A DNA stretch of 64,000 nucleotides from Dehalococcoidia bacterium (GTDB lineage: Bacteria > Chloroflexota > Dehalococcoidia > Lucifugimonadales > CBDBON01): contig OZ240240.1 of assembly GCA_965198105.1 (NCBI GenBank), forward strand, positions 2,656,650 through 2,720,649. The letters run 5' to 3'. Positions 55,361 through 64,000 of this stretch are shown here, one piece after another; position 1 is the stretch's first letter; the number at the start of each line of letters is the position of its first letter. Made by a program: the position numbers and the translations under genes. Under the pieces are notes generated by a model. It was not told the origin of the DNA. It worked only from the letters and a program-made list of their open reading frames with translations, and ran no database searches.

Positions 55361-57351
55361 TGATTCCCTCGTAACAAGGGCCTTTCGGGTTGGTTCTGCG
55401 GCGTGAGGGCGGTTAGGCGAGGGATTTGGTTTTGTTCCGGTCGGGGCTTGTGTTGCGGCCGATGAGGTAGTTGTGGTGCGCCATACCCCGTCCTGGTAGG
55501 CATCAGCGGGCTCGCAACGGCTCCTGTAGCCTCATGCAGCGGTGGGATCGGGCGCCAAGGCAGCCGGTGGGACCAACATCTCGTCCATCTCGGTCAGCCG
55601 TGCCCGGACCATTCGCTTGATGTTACACGCCAGGGCCTTGAGGTAGACGGCGAGCCGGACCCTCTCTCCTCCACGTACTCGTAGGCGGCCAAGACCATGG
55701 CGCCGTTTCAACTCTGAGTTCGTACCCTCTATCCCCGCACGCAACCCGTACCGTTTACGCCATTGTCCATCCGACTCGGCCCGCCGCCTACGTCCGATGT
55801 TCACCCTGGCGAGGTCCGCACTCAGCACGTAGGCTCCACTCGGCGACCACTCTCCCCCGAGCTCAGGGCGACGACGCCACCTCACAGGACACCGGGAACG
55901 CAGCGAACAGGGCTCACACACCTCCCGGGCGAAGTGCATCTCCACTCGCTCGGGAGCCTCTTCATCCTCGTACTCGGACACGGCCTCATGTCCCGCAGGA
56001 CACACCGCAGCCCTCCTTGCCGTAACGTCGATGTCAAAGTCAGCAGCCGTCAGCCTGACCAGCCCATCATTCTCATCGGCCTCCGCTGGCGCCCGGCCCC
56101 CGACAGGGCTCACCAACTCCGTCCCCCTGCGCTCCGCCTCCCATCCGTTCCGGCCAGAACCATACGACGTGTCGCACCACAGCTCCGAAGGGCCTATCCC
56201 TCGCTCTCTCAACTCATCGATCACCCCCACCGTCACACCGGCGTCGCCATCGCTCGATGGCGTGACCTCCACGTGGGTGATCATCTGCACGGCGTTCCCC
56301 TCTTCGCACGTCTCAGACACCTGCACCTCGTACCCCTTCCCCTTGTGTCCGCTGTAGGTCACCGCCGGGTCGTGCGGCGTCTGCATAGAGCTCGACCGCA
56401 CCTCCTTCGCCTCCTTCAGCGCGATCGGCACCTTCCCCTCTGCCGCATCGTCGTCATCGGCGCTGGGACGACCGTCCCTGTGACGGCCCACGCGGCACTG
56501 CTCATGCAAAAGCCTCTCCAACAGACCGTACTCCTCCATATCCGCCACCGCCGTCCCGCGGAACCTATCCACCAGCCGGTACACGTCTCGCGCACACACC
56601 GACAGCCGGCGACGCCCCTCACCTGAACGTGCGTCCTCGTACCTCGATGCTTCTCCGGTCTCCTTCAGGTACCGCTGTGCCAGACCATCCCCAATCCCTT
56701 CTCCCAGACCGGGGTGCTCACGGCTCACCGCCAGCAGGAACACCCGGACCGTCTCGCAGAACAGACCCAACCGCGTCAACACCGCGATATTGCTCATGAC
56801 ATGCGTCGAGTCCAGGCGCTGCTTGCCTGTCCGCAGTCCCAGGGCCTCTATCATCCGGTCCGTCGTCTCACAGAAGGCCAATCGCCCGCCGTCGTGCTCC
56901 ATCAACCGCACACGAAAGTTGTGCAGCGTCTTCTGGGCAAGGTGCGCCTCCTCCATCTCCAGCCGCAGCGCGTGGTGCCACAGCAGATTGAACTCCAACT
57001 CTTCCAACGCCTCCATGTCCGTCAGATCGAACATCTCCTTGAGCACCAGCACTCCCAGCACCGTCTGCACGGCGCGATTGGGCCTGCCCATGTCCGGGCT
57101 GTACAGCGGAGCGAACCGCTCCTCCTCTATCAGAACCAGAGCCTCGTTCCGGAATACCTCCGCCCAGCTCCTACGCATCAGCTTCGCCTTCCTCGGTGTG
57201 ATCAGAAACTCCGACTGCCACAGGCTCTCCTGCGGTTCCCGGGCTTGAAACATCGTCCACCTACTCCTCAGCGTTCACTCCTCCACTCTCTCCGATCCTA
57301 TTATCCCTCACTTCCCAATACCCTCGCCCATGACTTTTTACGAGTGAATCA
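55361..57351 (-). mobile_element. IS element (IS1182/IS5-like DDE), 1991 bp
   Basis: TIRs TGATTCCCTCGTAACAAG (55361-55378) and CTTTTTACGAGTGAATCA (57334-57351), 16/18 match; no TSD seen. Confidence 0.82.
55532..57253 (-). CDS. DDE transposase (IS1182-like)
   Basis: GRP N-terminal domain, RLDSTH, KGYEVQV, CDTSYG, CPAGH..C..C and RAGIEGTNSELKRRHG motifs. Confidence 0.9.
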   Translation of the reverse strand: MFQAREPQESLWQSEFLITPRKAKLMRRSWAEVFRNEALVLIEEERFAPLYSPDMGRPNRAVQTVLGVLVLKEMFDLTDMEALEELEFNLLWHHALRLEMEEAHLAQKTLHNFRVRLMEHDGGRLAFCETTDRMIEALGLRTGKQRLDSTHVMSNIAVLTRLGLFCETVRVFLLAVSREHPGLGEGIGDGLAQRYLKETGEASRYEDARSGEGRRRLSVCARDVYRLVDRFRGTAVADMEEYGLLERLLHEQCRVGRHRDGRPSADDDDAAEGKVPIALKEAKEVRSSSMQTPHDPAVTYSGHKGKGYEVQVSETCEEGNAVQMITHVEVTPSSDGDAGVTVGVIDELRERGIGPSELWCDTSYGSGRNGWEAERRGTELVSPVGGRAPAEADENDGLVRLTAADFDIDVTARRAAVCPAGHEAVSEYEDEEAPERVEMHFAREVCEPCSLRSRCPVRWRRRPELGGEWSPSGAYVLSADLARVNIGRRRRAESDGQWRKRYGLRAGIEGTNSELKRRHGLGRLRVRGGERVRLAVYLKALACNIKRMVRARLTEMDEMLVPPAALAPDPTAA

Positions 57352-58369
57352 TTTCCTGTATTCGCTGAGTTGCAGATCCAGGATGCTCGCTCTCCTGCAG
57401 TCGATGCCAGGTAACAGATTCGACGGCCTCCCGTCTGATTCGGCCTTCCTACGCCGCGCCTGCGTTGCCAGTAGCGTAACCGCCTGAAGGAACTGGTCTC
57501 CGGTGATTCCCTGAAGGACTCCGAAAGCGGAATGCATCCGACCTTCGCGCTTTGACCAGTCGTCACGCAGCCGGAAGTCACCGGCGGCGAAAGATGCGGT
57601 CACCAATTCGAACACGCTCAGGGTCACGCCACCCGTGTTGACCTTCTCGAATACCGTGCAGACGGCCTCCTTGCGAGTTTCCTTTCCCAGACTGATCACA
57701 GGCACCTGGTACTGGCTGAAGTTGTCCAGCACGGCACTATTGAACTTATTGAAGAAGTCGAACGCGTTGCCGTGGGGATGATCACTGCGCCCCTGCCAGT
57801 ATTGAGCATACCTGAACCCCACGCCATACCGTTCATTACATTCTCGGTGGGTATCATGTGATGCTCAAACTCGAGCTCCGGCGCGGACAGATCCAGAACC
57901 ACATCCCGCCCGAAATTGGCCCTCACGACCTTGTCTGCTGGAACACTAAAGATCGTGTCATCGCGGTCGGCCAATGGATCCAGCGCCTTCTGCATGTCGA
58001 TGTAGTACCACAACTTGATGATTTTCGGCTGCCGGGCCGGTTCCGTGTCGCCACGGCGTCCTTATGCCGCAACGCCTGATACAGAGAGGTGAGCCGCTGC
58101 TGACCGTCCAGAAGATATTCCGCCGGGCCGGCCTTGCCGTCCTCAGCCACCCCCTCGATCAGTTTGCTCACGAACTGGATACCTCCGCTCGCATCGAGAG
58201 TCATTACGGCGCCTATGGGAAAGCCGCGTGAGATACTGACCAACAGATCTTTGATCCGAGCGTCGTCCCATACCCATCCCCGCTGAAAGTCCGGTAGCTG
58301 AATGTCGCCTTTCTCAATATCGCTCAGAAGATTTTCCAGCAAGAAGGCGTTGGCCTTGAACGTTGACAT
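57352..58369 (-). pseudogene. DUF262 (GmrS/ParB-like) protein, two frameshifts and 3'-truncated by the IS
   Basis: LPDFQRGWVWD, FPIG, LLDGQQRLTSL, then VFEKVNTGGVTLS in later frames; reading ends at the IS TIR. Confidence 0.85.
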
Positions 58370-58414
58370 CACTCTCCTCCCGTAGCTGTTACTATACCAC
58401 TGAGGAGGAAGCCT

Positions 58415-58705
58415 ATGACCGCCGCCGAACCGATCCACCCAGGAGAGCATCTGGCTGAGATCATGGCGGAGCTGGGCATCACCCAGTACCGCCTGGCTAA
58501 GACGATAGGAGTGCCCCCCATACGCATCAACGATATCGTCCACCGCCGCAGGTCCATCACCGCGGACACTGCGCTGCGAATCGGACAGGCCTTGGGGATG
58601 ACTCCCGACTTCTGGCTGAACCTTCAGCGGATGTACGACCTGGACGTGACCCGCGCAAAGACCGACGTCAGCGCCATCGAACCGCTTGTCGAGGCACCTG
58701 CTTGA
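58415..58705 (+). CDS. higA: HigA family antitoxin (orphan)
   Basis: PIHPGEHL, ITQYRLAK.IGVP..RINDIV..RRSITADTALR and FWLNLQ..YDL; GGAGG SD. Confidence 0.92.
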   Translation: MTAAEPIHPGEHLAEIMAELGITQYRLAKTIGVPPIRINDIVHRRRSITADTALRIGQALGMTPDFWLNLQRMYDLDVTRAKTDVSAIEPLVEAPA

Positions 58706-58751
58706 ACCAAAATTCCCCACCTAAATGACGGTGACGCTCTGAGGCAAGGGG

Positions 58752-58777
58752 AGGGCTGGTTTGAAACCAGCCCCTAC
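58752..58777 (-). repeat. GTAG-tagged REP
   Basis: Minus strand GTAGGGGCTGGTTTCAAACCAGCCCT. Confidence 0.75.
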
Positions 58778-58916
58778 GGGGTGATGGCTGATAGATATGG
58801 CGCTGAACGCGGAGGTGGGGGATCTGGGCTGAAACCACCGGCGCTTCTCTTTGAAGGAGATGTCCGAGGGCTCCCTACTCACCCGGTAGCAACTGGAGGC
58901 ATACCGCACTGGCGCG

Positions 58917-60608
58917 CTACGTCGTCACAGCGCCCACCGACGCCGACGAGACGAGCTTGGCGTACTTTGCCATGACGCCCGTCGTGTAGTTCGGAACGGG
59001 GGGTATCCACTCGCGCCCGCGGCGGTCGATCTCCTCTTTGGACAGCCTGACGCTCAGGTCTCGACGCTCTATGTCCAACGAGATGATGTCGCCGTCGCGT
59101 ATCAGCCCGATCGGTCCGCCCACCGCCGCCTCCGGCGCCACGTGCCCGATCATCGGCCCGTGAGTCGCCCCCGAGAAGCGTCCGTCGGTCATCAGCAGCA
59201 CGCTGTTCCCAAGCCCCTCCTGTCCCATGATCGCGCCGGTTACGGCGAGCATCTCCTGCATGCCGGGTCCGCCCTTCGGCCCCTCGTACCGGATGACCAC
59301 GACGTCACCCGGCTCTATCCGGCCGCCGGTAACGGCCTCGAAGGCGGCCCGCTCTCCGTCGAACACGCGGGCCGGCCCCTCGTGGCCGGCGCTCTTGCCG
59401 GGGGAGACCTTGAGGACGGCGCCCTCCGGCGCCAGGTTCCCCTTCAGTATCACGAGCCCGCCCGTCGGGCTGCGCGGGGATGAAGCCGAGTGGACGACCC
59501 GGCCGTCCGGGGCGGGCGGCCCAATCTCCGCCAGGTTCTCGGCAACCGTCCTGCCGGTGACGGTCATCGCGCCGCCGTGCAGCAGCCCCGCGTCGAGCAG
59601 CTCCTTCATGACGACCGGGACGCCGCCGACCTTGTCGAGGTCGGCCATGACGTACCGGCCCGCCGGGCGCAGGTCGGTCAGGTACGGGGTGCGACGGCTC
59701 AGCCGGTCGAACAGGTCGAGCTCCAGAGGGACGCCAGCCTCGTGCGCGATCGCCGGCAGGTGCAGCGCCGCGTTGGTCGAGCCGCCCATCGCGAGCACGA
59801 CGGTGATCGCGTTCTCCAGAGACTCTCTCGTGATGATGTCGCGCGGCTTGATGTCCCGTTCGAGCAGGTTGTACAGCACCGCGCCCGCCCCCGCGGCGAT
59901 AGCCTCGTTCCTCGGGTCGACCGCGGGGACGGAGGCCGCTCCGGGGACCGACATCCCCATCGCCTCTATCGCGGACGCCATCGTGTTCGCCGTGAACATC
60001 CCGGCGCAGGCGCCCTCTCCCGGACAGGCGACGCGCTCCATGGCGAGGAGCTCGTCGAGGGTGATCTTGCCCTGCGCGTGAGCGCCGACCGCCTCGAACA
60101 TGTCCTGGACGTTGATATCCTCGCCCCTGTGATTTCCCGGGAGGATAGCGCCGCCGTATACGAAGAGAGAGGGGATGTTCAGGCGGGCCATCGCCATGAT
60201 CGCGCCGGGCATGTTCTTGTCGCACGCGGCGACGACGATGGTGCCGTCCATACTCTCGGCGAAGTTGACCGTCTCGATCGAGTCGGCGATCACCTCGCGG
60301 CTGACGAGCGACGCCTTCATCCCCTCGGTGCCCATCGATATGCCGTCGCTGACGGTGATGGTCCCGAACATGAAGGGCACGCCCCCGGCGCCCCTGACCC
60401 CCTCGTGGACCTTGCGCGCCAGTCTGGTCAGATGGACGTTGCAGGGGGTGACGTCGCTGGCGAGGTTGCCGACGCTGACGAAGGGCTTGTCCATGTCCTC
60501 GTCGGTGAGCCCGACGGCCCTGAGCATCGCCCTCGCGGCGGCCCGGTCGGGACCGTCGCTAACGACATGGCTCTTTCGCTTGAGCATGGACGCGGTCTGT
60601 ATCGCCAT
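58917..60608 (-). CDS. ilvD: dihydroxy-acid dehydratase
   Basis: PCNVHL, DGISMG.EGM..SL.SRE, CDKNMPG, GACAGMFTANTM, GGSTN, YEGPKGGPGM.EM and TDGRFSG motifs. Confidence 0.97.
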   Translation of the reverse strand: MAIQTASMLKRKSHVVSDGPDRAAARAMLRAVGLTDEDMDKPFVSVGNLASDVTPCNVHLTRLARKVHEGVRGAGGVPFMFGTITVSDGISMGTEGMKASLVSREVIADSIETVNFAESMDGTIVVAACDKNMPGAIMAMARLNIPSLFVYGGAILPGNHRGEDINVQDMFEAVGAHAQGKITLDELLAMERVACPGEGACAGMFTANTMASAIEAMGMSVPGAASVPAVDPRNEAIAAGAGAVLYNLLERDIKPRDIITRESLENAITVVLAMGGSTNAALHLPAIAHEAGVPLELDLFDRLSRRTPYLTDLRPAGRYVMADLDKVGGVPVVMKELLDAGLLHGGAMTVTGRTVAENLAEIGPPAPDGRVVHSASSPRSPTGGLVILKGNLAPEGAVLKVSPGKSAGHEGPARVFDGERAAFEAVTGGRIEPGDVVVIRYEGPKGGPGMQEMLAVTGAIMGQEGLGNSVLLMTDGRFSGATHGPMIGHVAPEAAVGGPIGLIRDGDIISLDIERRDLSVRLSKEEIDRRGREWIPPVPNYTTGVMAKYAKLVSSASVGAVTT

Positions 60609-60693
60609 ATCCAATTCCTCCGGTCTGGCGTCTTCGGTCGACGCGGAGCTTGACGAGACCAGATTATAGTACACGGCGCGCGTGGGTGCTGCC

Positions 60694-60817
60694 GTAACTG
60701 TTCAGAGTTGAGAGGGGCCCCCCCATCTCAATCTTCCCCCGCGGACGGGGGAAGAGGAAAGAACCTTCTCTCCGTCCCGCCAACTACCCGCATCTCTCAC
60801 GTAGTCTGAACAGTTAC
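60694..60817. mobile_element. MITE copy 3 (124 bp)
   Basis: Perfect 13-bp TIRs GTAACTGTTCAGA / TCTGAACAGTTAC; perfect 8-bp TSD GTGCTGCC (60686-60693, 60818-60825). Confidence 0.92.
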
Positions 60818-60890
60818 GTGCTGCCCGCTCCTCTTGCGCCTCTGTGCTCTGGTCGCTATGCTGCGGGCAGCTAAGCGGTTGTCCAATTCG

Positions 60891-61361
60891 GTGAGTTCTG
60901 ACGTCACCCATAGACGAATACTCGGCTGGCGGGAATGGGTATCCTTGCCATGCCTTGGCATTGCCGCAATCAAGGCTAAGCTTGATACGGGTGCGAAGAC
61001 CTCCGCATTGCATGCCTGGGACCTCAGCCTTAGCATGGTCGACGGTCGGCAGTGGATACGCTTTCACGTCCGTTCCATGCAGCGAGACAAGGTCGCGTCC
61101 GTGGTCTGCGAGGCGCCGCTCAGCGATCAGCGATGGGTGACGAACTCAAGCGGTACACGCGAGCGTCGGTACATAATATGTACGAGCCTTCAGATAGGTC
61201 CCAGCTGTTGGCCGATAGAGTTGAGTCTCACCAATCGTGACTCCATGGAGTTCCCCATGATCATCGGCCGAGAAGCGATGCGGGACCGACTGATAGTCGA
61301 TCCTACGGCCTCATTTCGCGCAGGCAGGAATCTAACGGGAGCTGTCGATGGTTCCTTCTAG
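60891..61361 (+). CDS. RimB-like putative ATP-dependent Zn protease (retropepsin-like DTGA); start uncertain
   Basis: [47 protein letters not shown]. Confidence 0.85.
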   Translation: MSSDVTHRRILGWREWVSLPCLGIAAIKAKLDTGAKTSALHAWDLSLSMVDGRQWIRFHVRSMQRDKVASVVCEAPLSDQRWVTNSSGTRERRYIICTSLQIGPSCWPIELSLTNRDSMEFPMIIGREAMRDRLIVDPTASFRAGRNLTGAVDGSF

Positions 61362-61396
61362 GATATAGACGGCCTCGAGGCTGGCGGGGTGGTCAA

Positions 61397-62296
61397 GTGA
61401 AAATCGCAATGCTGGCGCGCAATGCTAATCTCTATAGCCATAAGCGTCTCGTGGAGGCCGCAGAGACCAGGGGTCACCACATCGACGTAGTCAACACCAC
61501 TCAGTGCTACGTAAACATCACATCTCGCAGACCGCAGCTGCTCTACAGGGGCGCCGTCCTTGCCGGCTACGATGCGGTGATTCCGCGCATCGGTGCGTCG
61601 ATAACTTTCTACGGGCTGGCGGTGTTGCGCCAGTTCGAGATGATGGGAGTGTGGCCGCTGAATGAATCAGTCGCCATAGGCCGCGCCCGCGACAAACTCT
61701 GGGCGCTGCAGATCATGTCTCGCCTGGGGATTGGCTTGCCGGTTACCGGTTTCGCAAACTCTGCGCGCCGAGCGGAGGAGCTGATCCGCATGGTCGGTGG
61801 GCCACCCGTCGTCATCAAGCTGGTGGAAGGGACTCAGGGATTGGGAGTTGTGCTTGGCGAGACCATGCCCTCGGCAAAAAGCACATTCGAGGCTTTTCGA
61901 GGGGCCAAGATCAACATACTGGTTCAAGAATTCGTCAAGGAGGCGGACGGAGCAGACATTCGAGCTTTCGTCGTAGGCGACCGCGTGGTTGGTGCGATGA
62001 AGCGCCAGAGCGGACCGGGCGAGTTTCGCTCCAACCTTCATCGTGGAGGCACAGCCGAGAAGATCAGGATCACGCCGGAAGAGCGTTCGATCGCAGTGCG
62101 CGCCTGTAGAGCATTGGGACTAAACGTAGCCGGCGTAGACATGCTTCGATCCAGTCGCGGACCGGTGCTCATAGAGGTGAACTCGACCCCAGGCCTGAAG
62201 GGAATCGAACAGTCGACGGGGATCGACATCGCAGATCGTATAGTTGCGTTCCTGGAGACGCATGCCAAACCCATGCCTACTGGGACGCAGGGGTAG
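61397..62296 (+). CDS. rimK: RimK alpha-L-glutamate ligase
   Basis: [45 protein letters not shown] and EVNSTPGL motifs. Confidence 0.96.
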   Translation: MKIAMLARNANLYSHKRLVEAAETRGHHIDVVNTTQCYVNITSRRPQLLYRGAVLAGYDAVIPRIGASITFYGLAVLRQFEMMGVWPLNESVAIGRARDKLWALQIMSRLGIGLPVTGFANSARRAEELIRMVGGPPVVIKLVEGTQGLGVVLGETMPSAKSTFEAFRGAKINILVQEFVKEADGADIRAFVVGDRVVGAMKRQSGPGEFRSNLHRGGTAEKIRITPEERSIAVRACRALGLNVAGVDMLRSSRGPVLIEVNSTPGLKGIEQSTGIDIADRIVAFLETHAKPMPTGTQG

Positions 62297-62306
62297 GGAC
62301 TGGTCG

Positions 62307-63335
62307 ATGAGCACCCCCGCCGATAGGTCATCCGAAGCCATCAGAGTAGGCGAGGTAGAAGTCACCCCCGGGTATCGGGCCCAAGTAGACCTGCCGATCG
62401 CAGATCTGTCGACCAGTGTCCCAATAACGATGCCTGTGCACATAATCAACGGCCCCCGGGATGGGCCGGTACTGTTCGTCTCGGCTGCCCTGCACGGCGA
62501 TGAGATCAATGGAGTCGAAATCATACGGCGGATCATGAAGCTGGGCGCCTTAAGGCGCGTCAAAGGAGCTCTGATCGCAGTTCCAATAGTGAATGTGCCC
62601 GGCTTTCTGAACCTCAGTCGGTATCTGCCGGACCGGCGAGACCTCAACCGCTCCTTCCCAGGGTCCGCCAGAGGCTCCCTGGCCGCCCGCCTCGCCAAGA
62701 TGTTCCTCGACCAGGTCCTCTCAAACTCTACTCACGGCATCGATCTTCACACCGGCGCCGTGCATAGGGAGAACTTTCCGCAAGTTCGCGTCGATCTGGA
62801 CAATCCCGCAGCTGAGCGCATGGCGCGCGCATTTGGCGCCCCTCTCGTGTTGAACGCCACATACAGGGAGGGAAGCCTGCGCGCCGCGGCCAACGAGCGA
62901 AACGTTCCCGTGATCGCCTACGAAGCCGGCGAAGCGCTCCGCTTCGACGAAACTGCTATCCGAGCCGGGGTAAGGGGCGTGGTCCGGGTCATGCAGGACC
63001 TCGGCATGCTGCCCGTCAGAAGACGCGATGGTGATCCGCGCGCTCCCCTGATTCTGCGCTCGAGTAGCTGGGTGAGGGCACCGTCCAGCGGCGTGGTCAG
63101 GGAAAAGCAGTCGATAGGCGCGCAGATAGAGGCCGGAGATATACTCGCTGTCGTTTCCGATCCCCTGGGCGAGGCGGATACCGATATCAGATCGCCTGTG
63201 GATGGCGTGATAGTGGGCCGAACCAACCTGCCCCTCGCGCACGAAGGCGACGCACTCTTCCATATCGGCTTGACCCGGGAGGTCGAGCAGGTGGCCTGCC
63301 TCCTGCCTCTGCACGAACCGTCTGTATGGAGTTGA
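62307..63335 (+). CDS. succinylglutamate desuccinylase/aspartoacylase family protein
   Basis: AALHGDEINGVE, RDLNRSFPG, IDLHTG and YEAGEALRFDE motifs. Confidence 0.92.
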   Translation: MSTPADRSSEAIRVGEVEVTPGYRAQVDLPIADLSTSVPITMPVHIINGPRDGPVLFVSAALHGDEINGVEIIRRIMKLGALRRVKGALIAVPIVNVPGFLNLSRYLPDRRDLNRSFPGSARGSLAARLAKMFLDQVLSNSTHGIDLHTGAVHRENFPQVRVDLDNPAAERMARAFGAPLVLNATYREGSLRAAANERNVPVIAYEAGEALRFDETAIRAGVRGVVRVMQDLGMLPVRRRDGDPRAPLILRSSSWVRAPSSGVVREKQSIGAQIEAGDILAVVSDPLGEADTDIRSPVDGVIVGRTNLPLAHEGDALFHIGLTREVEQVACLLPLHEPSVWS

Positions 63336-63437
63336 TAGCGGACCGGACTTACCCCCATCTTCGTACCAGCTGCAATGATGCTCCTAATGAGATGTGAGCA
63401 GACCCTAGGTCTTTGGAGGAGTCGCGGAGATTGAAAA

Positions 63438-63458
63438 TGGTGCCGAAGGCCGGAGTCG
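63438..63458 (-). other. tRNA-Leu 3'-end fragment, att-like site
   Basis: Minus strand CGACTCCGGCCTTCGGCACCA = part of T-loop, T-stem, acceptor 3' strand, discriminator A and CCA; no 5' tRNA half adjacent. Confidence 0.75.
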
Positions 63459-63482
63459 TACTACACTGTTTACACATATGTT

Positions 63483-63525
63483 TACGGAATAAGTAGTTAT
63501 TAAGCCCCTAACTACTTATTCCGTA
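63483..63525. repeat. 17-bp perfect inverted repeat
   Basis: TACGGAATAAGTAGTTA-ttaagcccc-TAACTACTTATTCCGTA. Confidence 0.85.
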
Positions 63526-63602
63526 TGTTTATTCATGGCTATCGCCACTTTTACCACTGTTTTTACCACATTACGGTTCTATACTGGGGCCGCGAGTTTT
63601 GT

Positions 63603-64000
63603 TGTAAACGGCGGAGTAATAATGGACCGTGCAGGCGGGGGCGAGCGTTGAGGAGTGGCGCTTGAAAACTGGACCACCCGTCGCTTTCCATCGTGTTAGC
63701 TGTAACACGATGGAGGGTGTAGAGGATGTACAGGGTGGAGTTGTACGCACGGGTGCGCCGGGCCTGCATGGTGGAGGGGATGAGCACGCGCGAGGCGGCG
63801 CGTGTGTTCGGACTGCACCGGGACACGGTGCGCAAGATGCTGAGGTACTCGGTGCCTCCCGGGTACCGCCGGCAGTCACCGGCACGCCGACCGAAGCTGG
63901 ACCCGTACCGGGGTGTGATCGACCGGATCCTCGAGGAGGACCGGAGCCTCCCGAAGAAGCAGCGTCACACGGCGAAGCGGATCTACGACCGGCTGAGAGC
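63603..64000 (+). mobile_element. IS21-family element (left end, partial)
   Basis: Begins TGTAAACGGCGGAGTAATAATGGACC, with an internal AAACTGGACC repeat, followed by istA. Confidence 0.85.
63726..64000 (+). CDS. istA: IS21 transposase IstA (5' part)
   Basis: MYRVELYARVRRACMVEGMSTREAARVFGLHRDTVRKML..PPGYRR..PKLDPY..IDRILEED..PKKQRHTAKRIYDRL. Confidence 0.92.
   Translation, partial: MYRVELYARVRRACMVEGMSTREAARVFGLHRDTVRKMLRYSVPPGYRRQSPARRPKLDPYRGVIDRILEEDRSLPKKQRHTAKRIYDRLR

Noticed and set aside
63438-63458. Full tRNA gene
   Set aside because: Only the 3' 21 nt are present; the D-arm, anticodon arm and 5' acceptor strand are absent.
1-64000. CRISPR array
   Set aside because: The repeated palindromes are dispersed and vary in orientation. 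There is no run of identical repeats separated by equal-length unique spacers, and no cas genes.

Overview
GC-rich bacterial chromosomal window. Gene content and repeat types suggest Chloroflexota (Dehalococcoidia/SAR202-like), which is an inference only. Left to right: partial fabI; MBL hydrolase; polyphosphate cluster (CHAD-sixA-ppx divergent from ppk2); acyl-AMP ligase/ACP/acyltransferase fusion; glycine-betaine-type ABC transporter; TPP-riboswitch-controlled thiamine operon (thiB-thiD-thiO-thiS-thiG-tenA-tenI/thiE-like-thiP-thiQ); a small accessory islet (peptide transcription unit, orphan antitoxin, large protein with an RNPAEH HEPN-like motif); BNR/VPS10 propeller protein, MFS and a frameshifted flavoprotein; cyclophilin; brnTA; amide/N-scavenging enzymes with two Amt transporters; circularly permuted ATP-grasp/alpha-E/transglutaminase trio; STAS-binding protein-histidine kinase; then a decaying accessory zone (deleted amidohydrolase, IS1182-like IS truncating a DUF262 gene, orphan higA), ilvD, rimB-rimK-astE, a tRNA-Leu 3' fragment (att-like island boundary) and the start of an IS21. 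The most striking unexplained structure is the repeat landscape. A 124-125 bp MITE with 13-bp TIRs and 8-bp target duplications carries a REP-like palindrome as cargo, and several palindrome families sit at almost every junction of the thi operon, where they contribute start codons, stop codons and translated peptide segments. No CRISPR array, rRNA or full-length tRNA was seen.
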